DNA of 64,000 nucleotides, taken from NCBI GenBank assembly GCA_027310575.1, contig DAIDAO010000056.1:31881-95880 (forward strand), read 5' to 3'. Under the pieces are notes generated by a model that was given only the letters and a program-made list of their open reading frames with translations, was not told the origin of the DNA and searched no databases. The stretch comes from a bacterium (GTDB lineage: Archaea; Thermoproteota; Nitrososphaeria; Nitrososphaerales; Gagatemarchaeaceae). Positions 46,263 through 54,181 of the stretch are shown one piece after another. A program made the translations under genes and the position numbers. Numbering within the stretch: the stretch's first letter is position 1; every line of letters begins with the position of its first letter.

Positions 46263-47600
46263 TCAGGGAGAGATCCGTGAAACTGTCCGGGGGAAGAGGC
46301 TCGCGGAGCGGATGTGCTTCAGCCCGGCTATCCACCTCGTCGTCCGTTCGACGCCTATGCCGAACCCTGAGTGCGGGGGCATCCCGAACTTCCTGAGCTC
46401 CAGGTACCACGAGAAGGCCTCGGCTGGGAGTTCCTGGGACGCGATCCGCTCCATGAGCTGAGACTGCTCGTGGATCCTCTGGCCCCCTGTAGCGAGCTCC
46501 CCGATCCCTTCGGGCGCCATGAGGTCTGCGGACTTCGTCACCTTCGGCCTGTCAGGGTAGGTCATGTGGTAGAAGGCGCGTGCCGAAAGCGGGTAGTCTG
46601 TTACGAAGAAGGGCGAGTCGAAGGCCTGGCTGATCGCCCTCTCCGATTCCGCCCCGATGTCGTCCCCCCACTCGAACCCGAACCCCTTCTTCCCCGCTAT
46701 CTCCCTGGCCTCGTCGTAGGTGACCCTCTGGAGGGGGAGCGAGACCTCCTTCAGCGTCCTTCCGAGGGTCTTCAGGTCGTCCTGCCTGTTGTCGAGGACC
46801 CGTTTCACCATCACAGCGAGGAGCCCTTCCATGACGCCCATGTTCGCAGCCTGGTCGGCGAAGGCCTGCTCTGCCTCGATCATCCAGAACTCAGTCAGGT
46901 GCTTGTTCGTCTTCGACTTCTCCGCGCGGAACGCGGGCTGGTAGATCCAGACCTTCTGGAGGGCCGGGAGCGCCGCCTCCTCGTAGAACTGGGCGCTCTG
47001 GCTCAGGTAGGCGGCCTTGCCGAAGTAGTCGACAGGGAACAGGGTCGACCCCCCTTCCACAGCCGCCCGTACGAACGTAGGGCCGCTTATCAGCGTGAAC
47101 CCGTTGTCCCGGAAGTAGTCGAAGGCAGCGCCGACCACCTCCGTCCGTATCCTCATGCTCGCGACCGCCTTCGGCCCGCGGATGCTGAGGTGCCTGACGT
47201 CGAAGAGGTAGGAGGCGGACTTCGCAGCGGTCTTCGTGATGGGCCAGGTCTCGGCGCGCGCCACGACCTCGAACTCCCTCGCAGCCACCTCCTTCCCGCC
47301 CGGGGCCCTCCTGTCCTCCCTGACCTCCCCTCTCACGACCACGGCCGACTCCCTTGTCACACCTTTCGCAGCTTCGAAGTCCCTGTCGGGGAGGTTCCCC
47401 TTCTTCACCGAGACCTGCACGTAGCCCGAGCCGTCCCTGATGACCGCGAAGACGAGCCCCCCGACGGTGTGCCTCCGCGCGACCCACCCCCGCACCTCGA
47501 CGTCCTTCTGGGAGCGGCCTGCGACGACGTCCGAGGCGCTCGAGAGCCTGAAGCCTGTCTCTTTCACGGGGCTGCCTCGGCTGGCACTCGCTAAAAGCAT
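46263..47600 (-). CDS. asnS: asparaginyl-tRNA synthetase (class IIb)
   Basis: 445 aa. FRAEKSKTNKHLTEFWMIE and PPHSGFGIGVER...FPR favour AsnRS over AspRS. Confidence 0.8.
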   Translation of the reverse strand: MLLASASRGSPVKETGFRLSSASDVVAGRSQKDVEVRGWVARRHTVGGLVFAVIRDGSGYVQVSVKKGNLPDRDFEAAKGVTRESAVVVRGEVREDRRAPGGKEVAAREFEVVARAETWPITKTAAKSASYLFDVRHLSIRGPKAVASMRIRTEVVGAAFDYFRDNGFTLISGPTFVRAAVEGGSTLFPVDYFGKAAYLSQSAQFYEEAALPALQKVWIYQPAFRAEKSKTNKHLTEFWMIEAEQAFADQAANMGVMEGLLAVMVKRVLDNRQDDLKTLGRTLKEVSLPLQRVTYDEAREIAGKKGFGFEWGDDIGAESERAISQAFDSPFFVTDYPLSARAFYHMTYPDRPKVTKSADLMAPEGIGELATGGQRIHEQSQLMERIASQELPAEAFSWYLELRKFGMPPHSGFGIGVERTTRWIAGLKHIRSASLFPRTVSRISP

Positions 47601-47656
47601 GATGCGTCAGCCTCAAGGGTTAAAGGAGCCGGGGTAGCGCCGGCGCAGACGTCCCC

Positions 47657-48628
47657 ATGCCAGTGAAGCGGACGACGATCCTCAGATGGACCGGCAGGGG
47701 GAGCCTTTCGAGCCTCAGAGATTCGGTCGGGTATGCGCTGCGGGTACGCGGCGTCCGCTGTGACGTCTCTGAAGTCGGCCACTCCGTCATAGTGCGCGGC
47801 CCCGAGCCCGTAGGGGTCGCATCGCTGCTGCAGCATATGCCTGGCATCGCCTGGATCGCGGCAGGGCGGGCGGCCGGCTCCGCGAACGAGCTGGCAAGCG
47901 GAAGCGCGTCGCTCGCTAGGGCGTACCTGCGGCGCGGATACGGCTTCTCGGTCCATGCGGAAGGCACTGGGGGTGTCCTCGCCTCGGATGTGTCAGGGGC
48001 GGTCACGTCGAAGGTCCTGGAGACTGTGAAGGGAGCCAGGGTGTCAGAGTCGCCCAGGGTGAGGTTCAGGGTCGCGGTGGACGGCAGGGAGGGAGCCGTG
48101 GGGGTCGAGGTCAGGGTAGGGGATGGCGGCGTCCCGACCGGCGAGGACGGCGCGTCCTGCCTTGTTTCCGGCGGGAGGCACAGCTCGGTCGTGGCATGGA
48201 TGGCCGTGCTCGCTGGGTACAGGGTCCGGCTCGTGCATGCGAAGGTGAGCGAGGAGAGCGTCCTCGCAGTGGCCAGGCTCTATTCAGAGCTTTCCAACCG
48301 CGCAGACCCGCGCGGGCTGAGCCTCGAAGTCATCGAAGGCGGGTCCCCGCAGGGGGCGGTCGTCGGCTATGCACCCGGCCCGAAGGGCGGCGCGTTCGCA
48401 GGTTTCCATGCAGGGGGGGCGCGCGTGCCGGCGAAGCTGCGTGGGAAGGTCTCCTCTCCGCTCTATCTCATGCCTGAGGAGACGTACAGCGCCGAGTTCG
48501 AGTCGCTCGGGGTGAGGGCCTTCGAAGAAAGGGCGAGATGGGGGGAAGCAGGCCCTTCGAAGTTCAGGTCCAGGACCTTCGCGGGCGGACCCGTGGACGT
48601 GAGCGGCGTCCTTGACGGCCTGAGCTAG
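47657..48628 (+). CDS. ThiI-like protein (NFLD/THUMP-like N-terminus plus degenerate PP-loop domain)
   Basis: 323 aa. LVSGGRHSSVVAW stands where ThiI has SGGxDS, and the bona fide thiI at 51758-52978 has SGGIDSPVAAW. The C-terminal domain is shortened. Confidence 0.55.
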   Translation: MPVKRTTILRWTGRGSLSSLRDSVGYALRVRGVRCDVSEVGHSVIVRGPEPVGVASLLQHMPGIAWIAAGRAAGSANELASGSASLARAYLRRGYGFSVHAEGTGGVLASDVSGAVTSKVLETVKGARVSESPRVRFRVAVDGREGAVGVEVRVGDGGVPTGEDGASCLVSGGRHSSVVAWMAVLAGYRVRLVHAKVSEESVLAVARLYSELSNRADPRGLSLEVIEGGSPQGAVVGYAPGPKGGAFAGFHAGGARVPAKLRGKVSSPLYLMPEETYSAEFESLGVRAFEERARWGEAGPSKFRSRTFAGGPVDVSGVLDGLS

Positions 48629-49242
48629 CCGCCTGTGCTCTGCCGGTCGACCGGCCCCCGCGGGGACTCCTCTGCGAAGATCTCTGCCTGGAAGGCCTGC
48701 ACGCGGGTCTCCTTGTCGAGCCACGAGTCCGGGGGGAGCCCAGCCTTCATGCACGCCTGCGACAGGAACTCGACCTGGTCCATTCCGAACTCCGTGGCCA
48801 CCTGGGGGAGCAGGAGGCCGCTCAGGCCGAAGCGCGAGACGATCAGGCCGTCCACGCCTATCCTGACGTGCTTCGGCAGGTCTTTCGGGCTTGAGTCTAT
48901 GGCTGCGGGCTTGGTGAGTACGCTCACCTCGACGACCACGGAATCGAGCTCGCTGCGGGCCACGGGTGGGAAGCGTGGGTCCTGCGAAGAAGCAGCGATG
49001 GTCGCCTCCACCAACGCCTCGCCGAGGGGCCTGACTGGGTACGGGAACCCGATGCACCCTCTGAGCCTCTCGACCCCGGGGACAGCCCTGTTTATCGTCA
49101 CGAAGACCCCCCTGAGTTCGGAGAAGACGCCTTCCGTCGGCGGCCTGGGCGTGCGCTTGGAGGAGACGTGCGAGTCAAGGGTCCCTCTCGCCAGGGCCAC
49201 TGCTGCTCTCCCCTCCTCGAGGGAAAGGGGCAATCTAATCAT
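48625..49242 (-). CDS. AMMECR1-domain protein
   Basis: 205 aa with the LRGCIGFP signature. Confidence 0.85.
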   Translation of the reverse strand: MIRLPLSLEEGRAAVALARGTLDSHVSSKRTPRPPTEGVFSELRGVFVTINRAVPGVERLRGCIGFPYPVRPLGEALVEATIAASSQDPRFPPVARSELDSVVVEVSVLTKPAAIDSSPKDLPKHVRIGVDGLIVSRFGLSGLLLPQVATEFGMDQVEFLSQACMKAGLPPDSWLDKETRVQAFQAEIFAEESPRGPVDRQSTGG

Positions 49243-49726
49243 CCCTCAGGAGCCGGGAGAGCGACCTTAACTTTTTCCAGTGGCCCCCCCTCCAGTAGAG
49301 CTTCCCGCATCGGACGCATTCGTAGAAGCGCCTGTGCCGCTTCTCCACCGACTGGGGGACCCTCCCGGCGACCTCGTGCCTCGTGATGGTCCTCAGGGCG
49401 CCGTCGCAGATCGAGCAGAGCGGGTCGCCGGGGGTCAGGGACACCCCCATGGCCCGGGCAGTCCTCGTCATCTCCCTGATCCTGATCCCGTCGCTTCTGC
49501 CGGACATGAAGATGACCCTGAGCCCCTTCCGCCGCGCGGTCGTCGCGAGGGACCGGTCCGACGTCAGGATGACCCTCCCTTCGGTCGTGGCCATGTCGAG
49601 CAGCTCCGAGTCGTCCCCGGACTTGAAGTAGGCCGTGTCGAACCCGAGCGCCCTCAGCTTCCTCGCGAGCGAGCCGAGCATGGCGTCTGCCAAGAACCTC
49701 GCCCTCTGCGCTCCGGACGCAGGCAT
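49235..49726 (-). CDS. Mut7-C/DUF82 PIN-like RNase-domain protein with C-terminal zinc ribbon
   Basis: 163 aa. The N-terminus is FLADAMLGSLARKLRALGFDT. The Cys pairs are CSICDG and CVRCGKLYW. It has an 8-nt overlap with the AMMECR1 gene. Confidence 0.75.
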   Translation of the reverse strand: MPASGAQRARFLADAMLGSLARKLRALGFDTAYFKSGDDSELLDMATTEGRVILTSDRSLATTARRKGLRVIFMSGRSDGIRIREMTRTARAMGVSLTPGDPLCSICDGALRTITRHEVAGRVPQSVEKRHRRFYECVRCGKLYWRGGHWKKLRSLSRLLRDD

Positions 49727-49744
49727 TCTCGCACCGGGCTCTTC

Positions 49745-50842
49745 CTATCTTGTGGTCTCCGCTGACTTCACAGACTCGTAGAGCTTCCTGGCCGACGCGT
49801 CCTTCACGAAGTGGTCCCTGATCGGGGCGATTATGCCGTCGAGCGCCTGCCCCACGCCCTTCTTCAGGTCGGCCGGGTGGAGGCCCCCGCTCCTGTATGC
49901 GCCTTCGAGCTCGTCTGCGGACGAATACTCGACGTTCCCGCCGTACTTCTCCGGCCGCTCCACCCTGAGCGACTTCTGCTTCCGGAATATGATGTACCTG
50001 GAGTACTCGATGAGCGCGTTCCCTTCGAGGACCTTCGGGGGGCAGTAGGCGGAGTTGACCTTCCGCATGATCGTCTCCGCGCTGTCGTGGACGAAGATCG
50101 AGGTCTCGGGGATGCTCTTGCTCATCTTGCTCGATATCTCCGCGTCGATGGCGCCGTCTTCGTCGAAGGAGCCCTCAGGCTCCTTCTTCCCCTGGAGGCC
50201 GATGAGCATATGGTGATGCACTGCCACGGGCTTCTTCCATTTCATCCTGTCCGCGATCTCCCTCGCGAGGATGTTGGCCCTGCGCTGGTCCAGGCCGAGC
50301 TGGCAGATGTCGACGTCGAGCCAGAATATGTCTGCGACCTGCATCATCGGGTAGAAGAGCTGGGCGGCCTGGAGCGACTCCTTCGTCGTCCTCCCGGCGA
50401 TCGTGAGGGCCCTCTGCGCCCTGCCCATCGTGGTGTTCTGCGCGACCGTTATCACCCTCTTCCAGTACTCCTCCTGCGCGGCAGCTTCGCTGGTCCAGAG
50501 GACTTCGACCTTGCTCATGTCGACCCCCGCCGCCTTCCAGACCTCGATGAAGTACTTCCCGACCTCCTGGATCTTCTCGAGGTCCCCGCCCATCTTGTTG
50601 TTCACCCATGCGAACCAGTCCGCGATCCAGAGCTTCATCCTGACGCCTGCCTTCAGCATGTCTTCCACTAGTATGGGGCGCAGGACGCCGAACGGGAGGT
50701 GGGCCAGTCCGCTCGGCTCGAAGCCGTCGTAGGCCGCCGGATGGTCGTTGGTCTCCAGCAGGGTGCGCAGCTCCTTCTCTGTGATTATCTCCTCGCCGAC
50801 CCCCTTGATCAGCTGGAAGCGCGTCTCCAGGTCCAAACTCAT
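49745..50842 (-). CDS. tyrS: tyrosyl-tRNA synthetase (archaeal type)
   Basis: 365 aa with YDGFEPSGLAHL, the KMSKS loop and GLDQRR motifs. Confidence 0.85.
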   Translation of the reverse strand: MSLDLETRFQLIKGVGEEIITEKELRTLLETNDHPAAYDGFEPSGLAHLPFGVLRPILVEDMLKAGVRMKLWIADWFAWVNNKMGGDLEKIQEVGKYFIEVWKAAGVDMSKVEVLWTSEAAAQEEYWKRVITVAQNTTMGRAQRALTIAGRTTKESLQAAQLFYPMMQVADIFWLDVDICQLGLDQRRANILAREIADRMKWKKPVAVHHHMLIGLQGKKEPEGSFDEDGAIDAEISSKMSKSIPETSIFVHDSAETIMRKVNSAYCPPKVLEGNALIEYSRYIIFRKQKSLRVERPEKYGGNVEYSSADELEGAYRSGGLHPADLKKGVGQALDGIIAPIRDHFVKDASARKLYESVKSAETTR

Positions 50843-50871
50843 CGGGCGCGCCGCGGGGGTCTAATAAACGG

Positions 50872-51318
50872 CTACGACTCCCGGAACGAAACAGCGGCCG
50901 CTGCGACAGTGGACCCGAACACCAGGAGCGCGAACGCCTGGTGCATGGTCACCGCGAGCGGGGACAGGCCGGTGTTGACCACGATCCCCCCGATCACTAT
51001 CTCGACCACCACGGCCCCGACTGCGAGATAGACCAGGCGCCTCGCGGCTGCCGGCGAGAACTCCCTCGCCTTCCAGAAGGCCACAGCTGTGAGTATCAGG
51101 AACAGCCCTGACAGCGAGGCGAGTATCCTGTGGGTGTACTCGACTATGGAGCCGATGTCAGGAGGGGGTATCAGCTGGCCGTTGCACAGGGGCCAGTCTT
51201 CCGGGGTGTTCAGTCCGCAGAGACCTCCGTACCCAGCGGCGGTGACGTACGCCCCGACTACGAGCAGCAAGAACAGGAGGACCACAGACGCGGCAAGGAG
51301 CGTGTTCCTGCCCTGCAT
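50872..51318 (-). CDS. ctaA: half-size (4-TM) COX15/CtaA-family heme A synthase candidate
   Basis: 148 aa and 4 TM. It has a conserved Cys pair in the first loop (GGLCGLNTPEDWPLCNG) and His residues (EYTHR, MHQAF), as in the compact Aeropyrum-type CtaA. ctaB lies 1.7 kb away. Confidence 0.6.
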   Translation of the reverse strand: MQGRNTLLAASVVLLFLLLVVGAYVTAAGYGGLCGLNTPEDWPLCNGQLIPPPDIGSIVEYTHRILASLSGLFLILTAVAFWKAREFSPAAARRLVYLAVGAVVVEIVIGGIVVNTGLSPLAVTMHQAFALLVFGSTVAAAAVSFRES

Positions 51319-51354
51319 GCGGCCGGGAGGCCGGAGTTCTGCTTTAATGGGTTT

Positions 51355-51690
51355 CTACGCGTTCTTCGCGAGGGACTCTACCTTGGACTTCAGGACCGAC
51401 GACGGGACCGCGCCTATGACTATGTCCTCGACCTTTCCCTTGGAGAAGAACATCACAGTGGGGATGCTCATGATGCCGAACTGCACGGCGAGCTCCTGGT
51501 TGGCGTCCGTGTCCACCTTGACGAACTTGACCTTGCCCTGGTACTCCTCGGACAGCTTGTGTATGACCGGCTCTATGATCTTGCAGGGGCCGCACCAGTC
51601 CGCGTAGAAGTCGACGACCACGGGCTGGCTCGATTTCACCACTTCGTCCTGGAATCTGCTCGCCTGGATCGCGATTACGCTGTCTGCCAT
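51355..51690 (-). CDS. trxA: thioredoxin
   Basis: 111 aa with the WCGPCK active site. Confidence 0.9.
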   Translation of the reverse strand: MADSVIAIQASRFQDEVVKSSQPVVVDFYADWCGPCKIIEPVIHKLSEEYQGKVKFVKVDTDANQELAVQFGIMSIPTVMFFSKGKVEDIVIGAVPSSVLKSKVESLAKNA

Positions 51691-51757
51691 GTCTGAAGTG
51701 TCGCCGGCTTCCGCCTGCTTATAATTCTGGCTCCGCCAAGATGAGGGGGACGACGGC

Positions 51758-52978
51758 TCAGGCAGACGGAGGCGGGGTCGCGGCTGCCTTCGGGATCGAA
51801 TCGGACAGCGGCGCTGCCTTCAGCGCGTCCCCCTTCGGGTCGTAGGCCACGAGGGTGGCTCCGTCGACCGACTTCCAGACGAGGTCAGCGAACCCGAACT
51901 TGCCTGCGTACTCTGAGACCACGGCTCCCTTCAGCCTGGTCCTCGGGTGTCTCGTGATGATCGCGCAGCAGTCCTTGTACTCCTCGAGGGAGAGGTCGTA
52001 CGTGCCGATGCGCCTCGCCAGGGCGACGATCTCCTCCTTGTCGTATGTCAGGAGGGGCCTGAGGACCGGGAGCGAGCTCCCCTCGTCGAACGAGGCCATG
52101 TTCCAGAGGGTCTGGGACGCGGCCTGGGAGAGGGAGTCGCCGGTGGAGATGGCCGAAGCGCCGAACCTGGGCGCGAGGGCCTCAGCCGTCATCCGCATGA
52201 ACCTCCTGAAGAGGGAAGGCTCGAGCTCTGGGGGCACCCCGGCGGTCGCCAGCTGATACTCGGCGAAGGGGACCAGGACGAGGGTGCTCCTCCCCCCGTA
52301 GCGCGCGAGGACCTTCACGAGCTTCGTGATCTTGCTCTCGATGGCGGACCGCGGGGTCGGGGCGAGGTAGAAGTGCAGGTACACGGGGCGGGTACCCCTC
52401 TTCATCATGAGCCATGCGGCGACCGGCGAGTCGATGCCGCCTGAGAAGAGGTGGACCGTCCTGCCGGCAGTCCCGAGAGGAAGACCGCCCGGACCCTTGG
52501 ACCTGTCCGTGTAGATCAGGGCGCGCCCTTTCACTACGTCGACGTGGATCGTGAGGTCGGGCTCGGACAGGTCCACGGACAGGCCCGTGGACTTCGCGAC
52601 CTCCGCGCCGAGCTTCGAGGCAAGCTCCTGCGACGACAGCGGGAACGACTTGTCCGTGCGCCTGGGCGCGATCTTGAAGGTGGAACCCTTCGCGCCGGAG
52701 GCGGAGCCGAGCGCGGCTTCCAGGATCTTGGCGTAGTCCTGAGGGACGTCGGACACAGGGGCGAACCAGGAAACCCCGAAGACCGAGGAGAGCCTTCCGC
52801 TGACGTCGTCAGCCGTGCCTTCGGCGTCGACCACGAACCTGCCTTCTGTGTACGTGATCGTGTGGCCGAGCCCTGAAAGGGACCTGTTGATGTTCTTCCT
52901 GAGGGCACGCACGAATTCGGGCCTGTTGTTGCCCTTCAGGGCGACCTCGGAGTAGTGGACCACGAACCTCTGCGCCAA
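51758..52978 (-). CDS. thiI: tRNA sulfurtransferase ThiI (THUMP plus PP-loop)
   Basis: 406 aa with a TTG start and the PP-loop SGGIDSPVAAW. Confidence 0.85.
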   Translation of the reverse strand: MAQRFVVHYSEVALKGNNRPEFVRALRKNINRSLSGLGHTITYTEGRFVVDAEGTADDVSGRLSSVFGVSWFAPVSDVPQDYAKILEAALGSASGAKGSTFKIAPRRTDKSFPLSSQELASKLGAEVAKSTGLSVDLSEPDLTIHVDVVKGRALIYTDRSKGPGGLPLGTAGRTVHLFSGGIDSPVAAWLMMKRGTRPVYLHFYLAPTPRSAIESKITKLVKVLARYGGRSTLVLVPFAEYQLATAGVPPELEPSLFRRFMRMTAEALAPRFGASAISTGDSLSQAASQTLWNMASFDEGSSLPVLRPLLTYDKEEIVALARRIGTYDLSLEEYKDCCAIITRHPRTRLKGAVVSEYAGKFGFADLVWKSVDGATLVAYDPKGDALKAAPLSDSIPKAAATPPPSA

Positions 52979-53026
52979 TCTCGTGCCGCCGTTGGGCCGA
53001 CGGGTGAAAAGGATTGCCCACGCGCC

Positions 53027-53902
53027 CTAGGCTGGGATCACAGCGGCCGCCATCGCGGCTAGGAATATGACAGCGAGGTAGGGGCTGGAGAACTTGAAGG
53101 CGAGCCAGGCGTTGGCCTTCGTGGGGGACTTGAACAGCTTGATGTTCGTCCCGAGCAGGAGGAGGTCGAAAACGACAGCAACCGCAGTGTAAACGAAGAA
53201 CCCTACGCCGGCGAAGTAGAAGATGTAGAGGAGGCTCACTGGGATCAGGAGGAGGGTGTTGACGACTATGTACCTGGACGCGGCCACAGGACCCACAACC
53301 GAGGGGAGCATGGGCACGTTCACGGCCGAATAGTCCTCTTCCGTGATCACAGCGAGCGACCAGAAGTGGCTCGGGGTCCAGACGAACACGAGGGCGCCCA
53401 GGAGCCACCCAACCTGCCAGGAGCCCCAGGCAGACGGGATCGCGTACCAGCCTGCGAGCGCGGCGCAGCTCCCCGCGAACCCCCCGAGGACGATGTTCCA
53501 GCTCGTCCTCGGCTTCAGGAAGAGCGTGTAGACTGGCACGTAGATGAACGCGCCGAGCGCTATGAAGAAAGTCGCAAGATAGTCGAGCGTGAGGGCAGCG
53601 ACCAGCAGCCCCCCCGCGACGAGGCCGATGCCGATGGCGAGTGCGTGGGAGGCGGGGACTATCTTCCCCGACGGGAGGGGCCTCCCCATCGTCCTCTTCA
53701 TCTTCGCGTCCATGTCCATCTCCAGGTAGCTGTTCAGAGCCAGCGCCCCGCTCGAGGCGAGCGCGCCCCCGACGAGGACGCCAGCCAGGACGGTGACGGG
53801 CGGGATACCCCGCGCGGCGACGACAGACGACCCAAGGGCCGCCATGAGCAGCAGCGGGGTGATCTTGGGTTTCGTGAGCGCCAGATAGTCTGAAAGGCTC
53901 AT
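53027..53902 (-). CDS. ctaB: protoheme IX farnesyltransferase (heme O synthase)
   Basis: ATG at 53902 (CAT confirmed). 291 aa of UbiA family with the YLEMDMDAKMKRTMGRPLPSG motif. The track ORF extension to 54121 runs antisense through the tRNA gene. Confidence 0.85.
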   Translation of the reverse strand: MSLSDYLALTKPKITPLLLMAALGSSVVAARGIPPVTVLAGVLVGGALASSGALALNSYLEMDMDAKMKRTMGRPLPSGKIVPASHALAIGIGLVAGGLLVAALTLDYLATFFIALGAFIYVPVYTLFLKPRTSWNIVLGGFAGSCAALAGWYAIPSAWGSWQVGWLLGALVFVWTPSHFWSLAVITEEDYSAVNVPMLPSVVGPVAASRYIVVNTLLLIPVSLLYIFYFAGVGFFVYTAVAVVFDLLLLGTNIKLFKSPTKANAWLAFKFSSPYLAVIFLAAMAAAVIPA

Positions 53903-53967
53903 GTGCTTACCGGGACGAGAGCGACGCCCCGTGGGCGCGTATTTTGGCCTTCCCTCTGAGCTGAAAT

Positions 53968-53978
53968 GCTTAAGAAAT
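53968..53978 (+). promoter_or_regulatory. TATA-like box of the tRNA-Tyr gene
   Basis: GCTTAAGAAAT lies 23-33 nt upstream of tRNA position 1 (54001). It is bracketed by the inverted repeat CCCTCTG (53952-53958) and CAGAGGG (53982-53988). Confidence 0.5.
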
Positions 53979-54023
53979 CTCCAGAGGGTCGGCAGCCCGT
54001 CCCGCAGTAGCTCAGCCTGGTAG

Positions 54024-54040
54024 ACCCGTGAGGGGCCGTA
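54024..54040 (+). other. tRNA intron 1 (17 nt, D-arm position 22/23; register ambiguous by 1 nt)
   Basis: Removing it restores the D-stem GCUC/GAGC. It forms a relaxed BHB. The 4-bp helix 54018-54021/54035-54038 contains two G-U pairs. The 3-nt bulges are 54022-54024 and 54039-54041. The inner stem is CCC/GGG capped by a GUGA tetraloop. Confidence 0.7.
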
Positions 54041-54055
54041 AGCTTCCGGCTGTAG

Positions 54056-54100
54056 AGGTCGGCCAAAGGCTGACCCGTCCAGCCTACTCAGGCCACAGTC
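54056..54100 (+). other. tRNA intron 2 (45 nt, canonical position 37/38)
   Basis: This is a canonical BHB. The anticodon stem is 54045-54049/54102-54106. The 4-bp helix is 54050-54053/54095-54098. The 3-nt bulges are 54054-54056 and 54099-54101. The inner helix is 54057-54060/54091-54094. Confidence 0.8.
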
Positions 54101-54122
54101 ACCGGAGTGTCGTCGGCTCAAA

Positions 54123-54144
54123 ACCGCCGCAAGGCGCGTGAGGT
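54123..54144 (+). other. tRNA intron 3 (22 nt, T-loop position 59/60)
   Basis: The BHB is built on the T-stem 54112-54116/54146-54150. The 4-bp helix is CUCA/UGAG (54117-54120/54139-54142). The 3-nt bulges are 54121-54123 and 54143-54145. The inner hairpin is CGCC-GCAA-GGCG. Confidence 0.7.
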
Positions 54145-54181
54145 TCCGACCTGCGGGATATTGTTCAAATCAGCCTATTTT

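Larger units (their letters stand above)
54001..54158 (+). tRNA. tRNA-Tyr (anticodon GTA) with three introns; CCA not encoded
   Basis: The exons are 54001-54023, 54041-54055, 54101-54122 and 54145-54158. Together they give a 74-nt cloverleaf in which all 21 stem pairs are Watson-Crick. The anticodon loop is CUGUAGA, with C1-G72 and A73. Invariant U8, A14, G18G19, U33, G53, U55, C56, A58 and C61 are all present. A T-tract at 54178-54181 follows. Confidence 0.85.

Noticed and set aside
54023-54079. GACCCGT repeated at the 5' junction of intron 1 and inside intron 2 (possible intron duplication)
   Set aside because: A 7-nt match within 60 nt of GC-rich sequence is too short to support homology.
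53903-54121. Upstream extension of the ctaB ORF (track 53027..54121)
   Set aside because: The heme O synthase homology starts at ATG 53902. The extension runs antisense through the tRNA-Tyr gene and its promoter.
54163-54171. T-loop-like GTTCAAATC immediately 3' of the tRNA (possible remnant of an older 3' half)
   Set aside because: No flanking T-stem or acceptor complement can be drawn. A single 9-mer is expected about 0.5 times by chance in a window of this size.
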